From contig CAVRYN010000012.1 in the NCBI GenBank assembly GCA_963725505.1, forward strand, positions 18,164 to 82,163: a stretch of DNA of 64,000 nucleotides, written 5' to 3'. The translations under genes and the position numbers were made by a program. The notes beneath the pieces were generated by a model. The model ran no database searches, was not told where the DNA came from, and was given only the letters and a program-made list of their open reading frames with translations. This document shows, one piece after another, positions 30,225-40,293 of this stretch; position 1 is the stretch's first letter; each line of letters opens with the position of its first letter. Source of the DNA: an uncultured Verrucomicrobiae bacterium. GTDB lineage: Bacteria > Verrucomicrobiota > Verrucomicrobiia > Chthoniobacterales > UBA10450.

Positions 30225-30485
30225 CTACTCGAGAAAATAGACGTCAGGTTTATCGCTCACTCCGGCCTTTTGCATCGCCTGGCGAAGGTCATCCGAAGCG
30301 GCGAACGCTTTCGCCTTGTCAGGATCTTCCACTGAAAACAGCAGAATCACTTCATTTGGGTTCTCGATGTTTCGCAAAAGATGAACCTCTTTCAGTCCGG
30401 CCTTCTGTCGTGCCGAAAGATGGTCATCATAAACGGGTTTCCATTTCGCGAAATCAGCAACTCTGTGACGAACCAGCATGTGCAT
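30225..30485 (-). CDS. Small ABM/Dabb-fold protein (hypothetical)
   Basis: 86 aa. MLVRHRVADFAKWKPVYD..ILLFSVEDPDKAKAF pattern of ferredoxin-like small proteins. Confidence 0.55.
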   Translation of the reverse strand: MHMLVRHRVADFAKWKPVYDDHLSARQKAGLKEVHLLRNIENPNEVILLFSVEDPDKAKAFAASDDLRQAMQKAGVSDKPDVYFLE

Positions 30486-30534
30486 ATCGATTGGTCTCCT
30501 TCCTACCGCTCTTTTATCGTCGCCGTGAAAGGAG

Positions 30535-30684
30535 TCAATAACGTTTGAAGTACTGCACTGCTTTCTCGTGTTTCTTCGCAGCAGCTTTTGTCTTGAAGGT
30601 GCCGAGATTTCTTCGCTTACCCGTCTTCGGATTTTTCTTGCGGGAATACAGCCGGTACTTGCCAGATTTCAGCTTCCTGATCAT
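30535..30684 (-). CDS. Small basic protein (KSGKYRLYS..GTF..AAAKKHEKAVQYFK family)
   Basis: 49 aa from MIRKLKSGKYRLYSRKKNPKTGKRRNLGTFKTKAAAKKHEKAVQYFKRY. I recognise the motif as a recurring small protein but cannot name the family. Confidence 0.5.
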   Translation of the reverse strand: MIRKLKSGKYRLYSRKKNPKTGKRRNLGTFKTKAAAKKHEKAVQYFKRY

Positions 30685-30795
30685 GAGCCCATCGGGTATT
30701 CGCACACCAGCTAGATTCAGCGCGTCCACAATCAACACCTGGCTAAAAGCCGTGTGTTAGTGAGACGAACGCATCTGTGTCGTCAGTCGAATATT

Positions 30796-31884
30796 TTAAC
30801 ACAGCGGACCGAGACTCTGGAAGAGTGCGCGCCGCGTAGAGCGCGCCTGCTTCTCCGCAGTCTCAAAGCGGATCGACATCATCCGCAGTGCGAATGGAAT
30901 CAGCGCGCTCTTCTGTTCGGGCAACTGTACCGCGCCGATGTTTCCGCCACTGATCTTGCAAAAAGGCCACCGATCAAAAAGCCATTCCGCCCCGTACGAT
31001 GCCCCCCAAGGTGATGTCTGACCAGCTTCTGCTGCCCGACGGCCTATCGTGCCCCATTGAATATCGTGCAGCACAATCCAACCTCCGCTCTGCACGTAAG
31101 GCGTGAGCCGGAGCAAATCCAGCAGCGGCATAGGATGGCGGTGGTCGGCGTCGATAAAGGCAATCCTCAATTCGTCGCGCCGTGCGATTTGCGAGGCGAA
31201 GCTCGAGTCGCATGGAATGTGCAGACGAACCATCGGCACAAGTTGCGGAAACAATTCTGCAATCTCAAATCCGCTCTGGCGCGTCCGATCGATGGCGCAT
31301 TGAACGTTGATGTCGATCGTGTCAACCCAGCTCGCGCCGTGCCGGCGACGGAGCGCAGCCGCAATAACGCCAGCTGAAAAGCCGGTCAAAGTTCCGATCT
31401 CGACGACTCGTTGCGGCGCGAGAATACTGAGAAAGGCAGTCAAAAAAAGATAATCACTCGGTCCAATCGTGCCAGGATAATAGGTCCGGCGCTTGCCGAT
31501 TAAATCGAGAAACGTCAGCTCGCCAGCCGACGGACTTTTGCCAGTTTCCCCCAGCATCGTGGCCAGGCGAGCATAACCTGACTCAAAGTCGGCCAATGAA
31601 TTGATCTCGCAAACCTCGGCGGGTTTAGCCGAAGGCGGCGCAAACAGCGAACTAATCGATCGCCGAAAAATTTTCAGCCGATAACCACGTGGCGCGTTCC
31701 GAACCGCGCTGAGCAGAATCACAATTGGCCGCCTCGCGATTGCCGCAGTTGCGTGATCTACCTTGAAAAACGCGCGGCCGGCTTTTCGGAGCTTTCGCAG
31801 GCAGTCGCGCGCCGCGTGCGATAGCTCCCTTATTCGCAAAATTTTCACCGAATGAGCGTCCAGATGGCGCCGAAGCATAAACAA
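30796..31884 (-). CDS. Class I SAM-dependent methyltransferase-like protein
   Basis: 362 aa. VVEIGTLTGFSAGVIA (motif I), IAFIDADH and GGWIVLHDI resemble the O-methyltransferase family 3/class I fold. Start uncertain. Confidence 0.6.
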   Translation of the reverse strand: MFMLRRHLDAHSVKILRIRELSHAARDCLRKLRKAGRAFFKVDHATAAIARRPIVILLSAVRNAPRGYRLKIFRRSISSLFAPPSAKPAEVCEINSLADFESGYARLATMLGETGKSPSAGELTFLDLIGKRRTYYPGTIGPSDYLFLTAFLSILAPQRVVEIGTLTGFSAGVIAAALRRRHGASWVDTIDINVQCAIDRTRQSGFEIAELFPQLVPMVRLHIPCDSSFASQIARRDELRIAFIDADHRHPMPLLDLLRLTPYVQSGGWIVLHDIQWGTIGRRAAEAGQTSPWGASYGAEWLFDRWPFCKISGGNIGAVQLPEQKSALIPFALRMMSIRFETAEKQARSTRRALFQSLGPLC

Positions 31885-31914
31885 CTGGCGACACCTCCAT
31901 CTTCCTGCGTCACG

Positions 31915-32374
31915 CTATGCCGGCAATTCCCGCCGGCGAACGCAGAGCAGAAAGATCACCAGCGCTAGCAAAATGAGATTTGTCACCAAGTGCGCAGGGA
32001 AGCTCCAGTGTTGGCTGGCGTGACCGAAACAGCCGCAGGTAATGTCGAGGCCGCGCACTTTTGCGGCGACGGTGGCGAGCGTGAAGACCAGGATCAGCGC
32101 GGTTAAGATTGATAACGCACCACGATACAACAAGCGAACAACCAGTGCGAAGCCGCAGAAAATCTCCAGCCACGGCAAATAAAAGGCCAGGACGACACTG
32201 ACGGGCCACGGCAGAATTTTGTAATTGTCGATGTCATTGGCGAACTGAACTGGATCGAATGACTTTGATCACGCCGGCGTAAATGAAAATGCCGGCAACA
32301 ATTACGTCCACAATTCGCCAGGGGAATTGTGGACGAGTTGAGAGTTGAACGTTGAGAGTTGAGGGCCCGCTCAT
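31915..32374 (-). pseudogene. MauE/DoxX-family membrane protein, one frameshift near 32245
   Basis: C-terminal part in ORF 31915-32178 (LPWLEIFCGFALV..ITCGCFG). N-terminal part from ATG 32374 (MSGPSTLNVQLSTRPQFPWRIVDVIVAGIFIYAGVIKVI) joins after a 1-nt shift (..DPVQFANDIDNYKILPWP..). Confidence 0.7.
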
Positions 32375-32394
32375 CACCTGTCACCGTTCACTCG

Positions 32395-32820
32395 TCACTT
32401 GCTTTTGAGCCACGCTTCCCATCCGCCTTCGAGCACGAACACGTCAGGAATTTGCGCTTCCTTCCGTAGCCGCCGTGCAACTTCGCGGCTGGCGTTGCAA
32501 CTCAGGCTGCTGCAATAGACGACGATTTTTTTGCCCGGCGACCACACCGCCAGAAATTGCGGCAGCAATTCGTTCCACCGATCTTCATTCAACGAGAGCG
32601 CGCCGGGAACGTGATCGCGAGCGAAATCTTCATCCGGCCGGGCATCCACCCAGATAACGTTTTCGCCCCATGCGCGCGCTTGAGCGACCGTAGCCAGTTC
32701 TGAGGGCGGGATAGCCGACTGCCACGATATTTTGTGACGGAAATAAACCGCCTCGCCCATCCCGGGAACGAGCGCGAGCGCTGCAAGAATCAGCGCCTGG
32801 CGTGCCAGGGAAAATTTCAA
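32395..32820 (-). CDS. Periplasmic rhodanese-domain protein
   Basis: 141 aa. Signal peptide, VIWVDARPDEDFARDHVPGALSL, and active-site loop VVYCSSLSCNAS. Confidence 0.8.
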   Translation of the reverse strand: MKFSLARQALILAALALVPGMGEAVYFRHKISWQSAIPPSELATVAQARAWGENVIWVDARPDEDFARDHVPGALSLNEDRWNELLPQFLAVWSPGKKIVVYCSSLSCNASREVARRLRKEAQIPDVFVLEGGWEAWLKSK

Positions 32821-33536
32821 TGTGTTTGACCAGCCGGAGTCGTCGGAGCAACCGGGCCTTTCGGAGCAACCGGAGGAACCGGAGCCGTCGGCGCGTTTGT
32901 GATGCGCGCAGTAGCATAGAATACCTTCTGTGAATCCTCCGGTTGAATCGTCAGCGTCGAAGCGGTAATGCTGTTCGTATCCTTGGGTTGAACGTCGATT
33001 TTGAACTCGCCCTTACCGGTTTCCTCCACCTTCGTTTGATAATCCGGACTCGATGACGTCACCTTGATATGGTTCACAGTAAACTCTTTGCCCACTTTCA
33101 CCGTGATCACCTTCGGGTCCGGCTTTTCGCCTTGCTTCCAGAAAACAAACGTTGGCGTTATCTCCAGTTGCTGCGGGATGATTGTTTTGAGTGTGAGTAC
33201 TGTCCTCGGATTCGCGGCATCATCGGTCTCCACGGTCACCGTTTTCACTTGAGTGCCAGTGCGATCGCCAATGTTAAACGTCGCCGTTACCTCGCCTTTT
33301 TCTCCCGGCGGCACTTCGTCCTTCTGAGTTTGCGCAGCCGTGCACCCGCAAGATGCCTTAACAGACTTAAATTTTACAGGGGTCTTGCCGGTGTTCTGAT
33401 AAGTGAAATGGCCTATTGCCTGTTTGTCGGCAGGCGTCGGATGCAACTCGAGTTCAGTCTTATCAAACTTCAATTCGGCGCGTGCGCCAAAGCAAACGCT
33501 GATCGACAAGGTAAAAGCAAGGATTTGTGTTTTCAT
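32817..33536 (-). CDS. DUF1573 domain protein (secreted)
   Basis: 239 aa. Signal peptide and the FTYQNTGKTPVKFKSVKASCGCTAA hallmark of DUF1573. C-terminal Pro-rich tail. Confidence 0.75.
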   Translation of the reverse strand: MKTQILAFTLSISVCFGARAELKFDKTELELHPTPADKQAIGHFTYQNTGKTPVKFKSVKASCGCTAAQTQKDEVPPGEKGEVTATFNIGDRTGTQVKTVTVETDDAANPRTVLTLKTIIPQQLEITPTFVFWKQGEKPDPKVITVKVGKEFTVNHIKVTSSSPDYQTKVEETGKGEFKIDVQPKDTNSITASTLTIQPEDSQKVFYATARITNAPTAPVPPVAPKGPVAPTTPAGQTH

Positions 33537-34406
33537 TTTTTGGAATAGAAACGCCTAATATAATCAGCAACCGCGTCTCGCCAAGTGCGAGGTGATGTGC
33601 CGGTGAGTTGGGCATATTTGGCAGTGGAAAGCACGGAATAAACCGGGCGGCGCGCGACCCAGCCCCGCATGTCCTTCAATCTAAGCGCGCCCACCGTTCT
33701 CGCTTTCGTCGGCACGCCAAACTCTCTGCAACAATCCAGCGCCCATTGTGCGTACTCCTGCCAACTGCATTTGCCGGCATTGGCAAAATGCAAAATGCCG
33801 CCTTCGATGTCACCTTCGAAAAATTGAGGCTAACATCTTGGCAATGTCGTGAGTGTAGGTAGGCGTGGAAAATTTGTCCGCGATTGCATCGACTTTTTCA
33901 TTTTCCTGCGCTCGCTTGATCATTCCGTCGATAAAACTCGGACGGTCAGGACCAAACACCCAGGAGACACGCACAACGAGATGCCGGTTTTGCGCGGCGA
34001 GCACATTCTTTTCTCCGGCTAGCTTCGATTCGCCGTAAATGCTGATCGGATTCGCTTCATCTTCCTCGGTGTACGGTGCGCGTTTCTCTCCATCGAAGAC
34101 ATAATCCGTACTGAAGTGAATCAGCTTCGCGTTCTTATCGTCGCAAATCTCGGCGAGCACACGCGGCGCTTCGGCGTTGATGCGAAAAGCCTGGTCAGGC
34201 TGTGTTTCGCAAAGATCGACGTTCGTGAACGCGGCCGCGTTAATGAGCACATCAAAATCTGTCTCACCGAGTTTCTCGCGAACCTTATCCAAATTCGAGA
34301 GATCGAGCTGTGCGTGATTGAATCCTGTGCTGTCGAATTTCTCCCGGTATTCGCGCAGCAGCGCCGCCCCTAGCCGCCCACCCGTGCCGACAATCACAAT
34401 TCTCAT
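33533..34406 (-). pseudogene. rfbD: dTDP-4-dehydrorhamnose reductase, one frameshift near 33818 (T5 run)
   Basis: MRIVIVGTGGRLG, STDYVFDG and YGESKLAGE in ORF 33810-34406. The C-terminus (ILHFANAGKCSWQEYA..) is in ORF 33533-33793. Confidence 0.85.
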
Positions 34407-34470
34407 TTCTTGCGTTTGAATCTTCTACGTCGCGAGTGAGAAGCGAGTATCCTGCGCCGCGGGCGTGCTC

Positions 34471-35460
34471 CTAATATCTTCCCGCGCGCTCCAGCAAAGG
34501 CTGCCACCAGGATGCATTGGCAACGTACCACTGAATCGTTTCCTCCAAGCCTTCTTTGAAATTGCAGCGCGGTTTCCACTTCAACTCCCGTTGCGCGAAT
34601 GAAGAGTCGATCGCGTACCGGCGATCGTGACCAAGTCTGTCGGGCACAAACGAAATGAGGCTGTGTGGTTTGCCCAGCTGATCGAGAATCATTTTTACCA
34701 GATCGATGTTGGCCATCTCGCTGTCGCCGCCGAAATTGTAAATCTGGCCCGGTTTCCCTTCGAAAAGCGCGGCCACAATTGCGGCGCAATGATCGGTCAC
34801 CTGGATCCAGTCACGGACATTCATCCCATCGCCATAAACCGGGAGCGGCTCGTCCCGGAGCGCCTTGATTATCATGAGCGGAATTAGTTTTTCCGGGAAC
34901 TGATACGGGCCATAGTTGTTCGAGCACCGGGTTACCAGCACCTCCTGGCCATAAGTTTTGTAAGCGGCGATTGCCAGAAGATCGGCGGCGGCTTTGCTGG
35001 CTGAATACGGGGAACTGGGATCCAGAGGCGATTGCTCGATGAATTTGCCCGCCGGGCCAAGCGAGCCATAGACTTCGTCTGTTGAGATTTGGATGAAGCG
35101 CTGGACGCCGTGGCGGCGCGCGCAATCCAGCAGCACGCTCGTGCCGATTACGTTCGTGTGAATGAAGTTCAGAGGATCGTTGATGCTCCGGTCCACATGC
35201 GATTCTGCCGCGAAATTGAGCACCGCGTAAAACCGGTGTTCCGTCATCAGAGCGTCCATTTGATCGGCGTTAGCGATATCGGCTTTGAAAAATTCGTAAC
35301 GCTCGCCATGTTCTTCGACCACGCCATTGAGATTGGCGAGATTGCCCGCGTAAGTGAGCACGTCCACATTGGTCACGAATGCCGGCTTGTAATGTTGCAA
35401 AATATATCGAATAAAGTTGCTCCCGATGAATCCGCAGCCACCGGTTACAAGGATGCGCAT
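34471..35460 (-). CDS. rfbB: dTDP-glucose 4,6-dehydratase
   Basis: ATG 35460 gives MRILVTGGCGFIGSNF. Also STDEVYG, YSASKAA and NNYGPYQFPEKLIP. Confidence 0.9.
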   Translation of the reverse strand: MRILVTGGCGFIGSNFIRYILQHYKPAFVTNVDVLTYAGNLANLNGVVEEHGERYEFFKADIANADQMDALMTEHRFYAVLNFAAESHVDRSINDPLNFIHTNVIGTSVLLDCARRHGVQRFIQISTDEVYGSLGPAGKFIEQSPLDPSSPYSASKAAADLLAIAAYKTYGQEVLVTRCSNNYGPYQFPEKLIPLMIIKALRDEPLPVYGDGMNVRDWIQVTDHCAAIVAALFEGKPGQIYNFGGDSEMANIDLVKMILDQLGKPHSLISFVPDRLGHDRRYAIDSSFAQRELKWKPRCNFKEGLEETIQWYVANASWWQPLLERAGRY

Positions 35461-37096
35461 GGCAGCGCGTACTAGCAGCGCCGACAAGAGCGCGCCAGCA
35501 GAATCTTCTGCCGCAGTCGCGGGAGTGCGCCGTTACCTGGAGCACTGGCAGGCTGCGCTGGCGGGAACCGATTGGGTCCCGTGGGCAATCATGGGGCTCG
35601 CAGTCTTCCTGCGCTTTCTCCTGCTCGGCATGAAGCCGCCACACTTTGACGAGGGCATCAACGGATGGTTCGTCGATCAGGTGGTGAAAAATGGGTTTTA
35701 CAGATACGACCCGACGAACTACCACGGGCCGCTTCACTTTTACGTCCTGCTGCTCGCGCAGAATTTATTTGGGCGCAACCTGTGGGCATTGCGACTGCCC
35801 GTCGTGCTTGTGAGCATCGGTTCTCTCTGGCTGATATTTAAGTTCGAACCGCTGGTAGGTCGAAATGTAAGCCGCATAGCAGCTCTGGCCATGGCGATCT
35901 CGCCCGGCTTCGTTTTCTACGGACGCTACGCAATTCACGAAGTGTGGCTGCAATTGTTCTCAACCATGTTCATCTTGGGACTGCTTGGTTTGTGGAAGTT
36001 CGGCAGGCTGAATTACCTCTGGTATGCCGGCATGGGATTAGCCGGCATGATTCTGACCAAGGAAACCTATGCCATCCATCTCGCCTGCGCGATCCTTGCG
36101 ATTCCGGCCCTGGCGGTTTCCTATGCGCTAAGCCGCGTCCCGGACGCGAAGCCGGCGAAGCAAACCTGGACCTGGATCGATCTCGCAATGGTTCTCGGTG
36201 TCGGCACCGCTGCGATCCTCTTTTTCTACTCGGGAACTTTTCTCAACTGGGATGGTGTCAAAGGTCTTTATCTAGCGTTTAAAGCGTGGACCGAGACCGG
36301 CACCGCGGGTCACGGCCATGAAAAGGCCTGGGACTACTGGTTCAAAATAATGGGGCCATCGTGGGAAGCCGGCGGAGAAAATTTTACAGCCTATGAACTG
36401 CCAATGTTGGCGGGGTTAATCCTCTGCCTGTTTTGCCAGAAGTTTAAGAACCTCAGTCTGCGTTATCTGGCGATCTACGGCGTAGGAAGCCTGGTCGCTT
36501 ACAGCTACGTCAAATACAAAACGCCATGGTGCATAATCAGTTTCGGATGGCCATTCCTGTTTATCTTTGGCGCGTGGGTGCTGCTGGTTCGGCCAAAAAA
36601 TCTTCGCAAAGTGTACATGGCGATGGGCGTTCTATTGTGCTTTTCGCTCGGCCGATCCGTTTGGCTGAACTACTTCCGGTGCTCGTCGCCCACCGAGACG
36701 TACGCGTACGTTCAGACATACAACGACATTTTTAAGCTGAGCAAGCCGCTGCTTACGCTGGCAAAACGCGATCCGGCTTACTATCACCTCACCGGTCATC
36801 TGATCCGATCCAGCGTTTATCCCCTTCCGTGGACGCTGGGCGATTTCGATCGAGTCGGCTACTACGAAGGAGGCAACATGCCGGCGAATCTCGATGGCGA
36901 TTTTCTCCTCGTGCAACAAGACAAAATCAAAGACGTCGAGTCAAAGCTGAAAGGCACGTATTACACCGAGATGATGACGCTTCGTAACTACCAGGAGCCA
37001 TCCAAGATCTTTTTTAGCGCCAAAGTGTTTAAGGAATTTTTTCCAGGCAAAGCACCGGACTTTGTCGGTAACGCACAGAGTCCGGCAACGCCCTAG
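35459..37096 (+). CDS. GT-C fold glycosyltransferase (family 39/ArnT-like, TIGR03663-like)
   Basis: ~545-aa polytopic protein with first-loop motif PPHFDEGINGWF and many TM helices. Start uncertain: ATG 35459 overlaps the rfbB start in a CATG. Confidence 0.7.
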   Translation: MAARTSSADKSAPAESSAAVAGVRRYLEHWQAALAGTDWVPWAIMGLAVFLRFLLLGMKPPHFDEGINGWFVDQVVKNGFYRYDPTNYHGPLHFYVLLLAQNLFGRNLWALRLPVVLVSIGSLWLIFKFEPLVGRNVSRIAALAMAISPGFVFYGRYAIHEVWLQLFSTMFILGLLGLWKFGRLNYLWYAGMGLAGMILTKETYAIHLACAILAIPALAVSYALSRVPDAKPAKQTWTWIDLAMVLGVGTAAILFFYSGTFLNWDGVKGLYLAFKAWTETGTAGHGHEKAWDYWFKIMGPSWEAGGENFTAYELPMLAGLILCLFCQKFKNLSLRYLAIYGVGSLVAYSYVKYKTPWCIISFGWPFLFIFGAWVLLVRPKNLRKVYMAMGVLLCFSLGRSVWLNYFRCSSPTETYAYVQTYNDIFKLSKPLLTLAKRDPAYYHLTGHLIRSSVYPLPWTLGDFDRVGYYEGGNMPANLDGDFLLVQQDKIKDVESKLKGTYYTEMMTLRNYQEPSKIFFSAKVFKEFFPGKAPDFVGNAQSPATP

Positions 37097-37101
37097 TTTC
37101 C

Positions 37102-39252
37102 ATGAAGTGGCTTACGGCAGTTCTTACCTTTGCTAATTTGTCGGTCATCTGCGGCCTTGTTCTGGGAATGGCCGGAAGAGGCTTGAACACGTTGACGGCG
37201 GCTCTCGCATTGATATGCGGCGCTGCGTTTGCGGTTGCGGCGTTTCTTGGAACTTCCGATCCGGCAAGTCGCGAAAAAACTGCAAATCCTCCGGAACCGG
37301 AACGGAAGCCGCGGAACGCCACGGAAAGTCAGCCAAATGCACGGATTTGGTCGGCACTCATGCGCTACCGCCGTGTGTGGTTCTGGGCTATGGCCGTGTT
37401 TTTTGCCATGTTTGCCGTCCGATCGTTTTGCTGGTTGTTCTACATCGACGGCAGCGACTATAAAATCCAATCGCCCAACAATCTCGGCGATCTCTCGCTG
37501 CATCTGACATTGATCAAAACTTTTGCCAACGGCGTCCCGCTTTGGCCGGATAATCCCATCTACGTCTTCAGCAAACTGCGGTATCCGGCAGGGATCGATT
37601 TGTTCAATGCGCTGCTTTTACTGGTTCACGTCGATCTGATCACCGGGTTGGTTTGGGTCGGTCTGGTTGCATCGCTCGCAACGTTCTACGGGTTCTATCG
37701 CTGGGGCGGCACCTTCGCGATTGCAGGTTTCTTGTTCAACGGCGGAATAGCCGGTTTCCAATTCTTTAAGACGTGGAAGTTTTTGGATTATCAGGGCACA
37801 GCGGCGGATATCGCCCACAAACCGATCGCATGGAAAAGCATTCCGTTGTCCATGTTCGTGACGCAACGCGGCTGGCTGTACGCGATCCCGGTAGCCTTAG
37901 TGCTTCTCTGGCACTGGCGAGAGAAATTTTTTCGCCAAAACGCTGTAGCCTGGGGCGGTGACCCCGGCGGCTCCGCCGCAGTCTCAGCGCCGGCGGACGA
38001 CCCTGGCCAATCCGCAGCAGTCGAGATCCGTGGCCCCCGAAGGGGTCCCCTGCCCTTCTGGGTCGCGTTCTCCCTTTACGCATCAATCCCCCTGTTCAAT
38101 CTGCACACGTTTATCGCTCTGACTGTCGTGCTGGTCTTTGCGCTGGTTCTTGAACCTCCCAGCGAAATTAAGTTTATCGTGGATTTAGCTCGCAACGAAG
38201 GCAGCTCTGGACTCGGTCGCCTGATTTCGCACCCGCGAATGTGGCCGGAAATTTTCCGTGGCGCGCCGATTCGCAGATACGCGGCCGCGATGCTGGCCAT
38301 TGCATTGATTCCAGCAAGTTTCTTTGTCTGGCTGGTTACCGATCACTTTCGCGCAAGATCGGTAATCCAATGGCATCCCGGCTGGGCACAAGATTCGCAG
38401 GAATTTGCCGCGCCCTTTTTCCGAATGGGTGGCGCTGCGAATTTTGGATCGTCCACGGCGTTTGGTTCGCTGTTGCAAAAAACGTGGAACGGCGTCATCG
38501 CTCCGTTTTTTCAATTTTGGCTAACAAACTTCGGCTTGTGGATTCCTTTGGCGCTGGTGCTCGTGGGCTTGGTCGGCTGGCGTATTTGGAAAGCTCGATG
38601 GCGCTGGGGTGACAGGCCTCCAGCGGATGTAGCCTTTGTCTTGCCCGCCGTTGCGATCTTCGCGTTGGGTTACTTTTTCAAAACCGCACCATGGGAATGG
38701 GACAACCTCAAGCTCATGGTCTGGGGCTACTTTCTCGTTTTGCCTTTTCTGTGGAGCGATATCCTCGGGCGCTGGGCCTTTCCGGAACGGGCGGCGCTTT
38801 GCATCGCGCTGTTTGGTTCAGGCTTTATCACTTTGCTGGGCGGCTTGTCCGCCGGGCACCCGGGCTTTGGACTCATCGAGCGCGCGAGACTCGATTACGC
38901 CGGCGCAGCGATGCGGCCGTTGCCGCTCGAAGCCCGCTTCGCCGCATACCCGACGTTCAACTGTCCGGTCTTGTTACAAGGCCGCAAAGCTGTGCTGGGA
39001 TACCCAGGTCATCTGTGGACGGAAGGATTTGAATTCGGCGACGTAAACAATCAGCTGACGGCTTTAATGAACGGAGCCGCAAACTGGCGCGACGCTGCGA
39101 AGACCTTGGGCGTCCGCTATATTTTTTGGGGTCAGGACGAAAAGACCAACTACCAATCAAGCAGCCGCCCGTGGGAAGCTACGTCGTTTCTGGTGGCGTC
39201 CGGCGATTGGGGCGCAATTTACGACCTGGCGACGGCAGCTCCTCAGCACTAA
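37102..39252 (+). CDS. Large polytopic membrane protein, possible second GT-C-like transferase
   Basis: 716-aa intact ORF with >12 hydrophobic segments, directly following the GT39-like gene. No family firmly recognised. Confidence 0.5.
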   Translation: MKWLTAVLTFANLSVICGLVLGMAGRGLNTLTAALALICGAAFAVAAFLGTSDPASREKTANPPEPERKPRNATESQPNARIWSALMRYRRVWFWAMAVFFAMFAVRSFCWLFYIDGSDYKIQSPNNLGDLSLHLTLIKTFANGVPLWPDNPIYVFSKLRYPAGIDLFNALLLLVHVDLITGLVWVGLVASLATFYGFYRWGGTFAIAGFLFNGGIAGFQFFKTWKFLDYQGTAADIAHKPIAWKSIPLSMFVTQRGWLYAIPVALVLLWHWREKFFRQNAVAWGGDPGGSAAVSAPADDPGQSAAVEIRGPRRGPLPFWVAFSLYASIPLFNLHTFIALTVVLVFALVLEPPSEIKFIVDLARNEGSSGLGRLISHPRMWPEIFRGAPIRRYAAAMLAIALIPASFFVWLVTDHFRARSVIQWHPGWAQDSQEFAAPFFRMGGAANFGSSTAFGSLLQKTWNGVIAPFFQFWLTNFGLWIPLALVLVGLVGWRIWKARWRWGDRPPADVAFVLPAVAIFALGYFFKTAPWEWDNLKLMVWGYFLVLPFLWSDILGRWAFPERAALCIALFGSGFITLLGGLSAGHPGFGLIERARLDYAGAAMRPLPLEARFAAYPTFNCPVLLQGRKAVLGYPGHLWTEGFEFGDVNNQLTALMNGAANWRDAAKTLGVRYIFWGQDEKTNYQSSSRPWEATSFLVASGDWGAIYDLATAAPQH

Positions 39253-39269
39253 GCTGCTACGCGCGTTTT

Positions 39270-40004
39270 CTATCTCATCGCGGCGGCGATTTTCCGCCGT
39301 AGCCGGAACGGGTGCGCAAGGAAAACAAAATAGATCGCGCTCACAAGATCGGTGAAACTGCAAGGAGGACTGGTTAGGCGCAATGGGCCGTTGCGCAAAG
39401 CCGCGAAGATATTTTCGACAGTAAGCGCAGGCGGTATCGGGATGCTGGTGTAATGCTGCCCAAAGGCGTGCAGTCGATGCGCGTCGGAAGTGGCAATTAA
39501 TGGTTTGCCGAATCGGGATGCCACCCTTTTCGCGCGCCAATTTGGATTGAACAGGCCAATGTGAAAATGGCACAGCTCGATCGCATCGAAGCAATCGATT
39601 TCCGTGAACAGACGCGCTCCGATTGAGCCGCCAAGAACGTAAAACGGATGCGGCGCAATGGTAAATATAGAACTTCCCCGCTACGCTCGCAGCCGTCGCA
39701 GATCGTCAAAATTTTTTAACTGCGCGACTTCTTCAGAAGTCACATTGAGCACGATGACGTCAGCGCCACACAAGCGCATCTCGGCCGCTGGAATAAGCAG
39801 AATGCCCATTGCGGCCGCATCCGCGAACACTTCCTTTCGGTCGAACACAGCATCGTGCAGCGTGATCGCGAGGACGCCAAACCCAAGCGACCCCGCGCGC
39901 TCCAGCAATTGATGAGCGGAAAAATCCACCGCGTCCCTTGGATCATCGAGCGTGTGAATGTGCAGATCGATTTTGATCCAATCAGATTCGTTGGTCTTAC
40001 TCAT
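39270..40004 (-). pseudogene. PHP-domain metal-dependent phosphoesterase with one in-frame TAG
   Basis: MSKTNESDWIKIDLHIHT.. (PHP His motif). The frame is continuous through a TAG at 39681-39683 (..LRRLRA*RGSSIFTIAPHPFYVLGG..IATSDAHRL). This is a nonsense codon, not a frameshift. Confidence 0.7.
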
Positions 40005-40208
40005 GCTCTCGCGCCCATGCTCAAATTTCGATGCTTTATCATCAATCCTTGATACTGGATGAAAGCGAAACAGCTCCGCCAAGCAAACATCCAGCATCTC
40101 AGTATCCACTCTCTGACATGACCCGACAAAGCGCTTGCGAGCCGCTCTCCTCCATTTACCATTCACCAGTCACTATCCAACGGGAAGCCGACGGCTTCCC
40201 CTACAGAA

Positions 40209-40293
40209 GCTCGGGTGGTGGAACTGGCAGACACGTACGTTTGAGGGGCGTATGCCGAAAGGCTTGCGGGTTCGAGTCCCGCCCCGAGCACCA
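40209..40293 (+). tRNA. tRNA-Leu (anticodon GAG)
   Basis: Acceptor GCTCGGG/CCCGAGC. Anticodon stem TACGT/GCGTA with loop TTGAGGG. Long variable arm, T-arm GCGGG-TTCGAGT-CCCGC, encoded CCA. Confidence 0.9.

Noticed and set aside
32335-32363. Tandem gttgagagttga repeat, considered as a possible CRISPR or VNTR
   Set aside because: Only two 12-nt copies, located inside the 5' coding part of the MauE-like gene. There are no spacers or further repeats. No CRISPR-like array was seen anywhere in the window.
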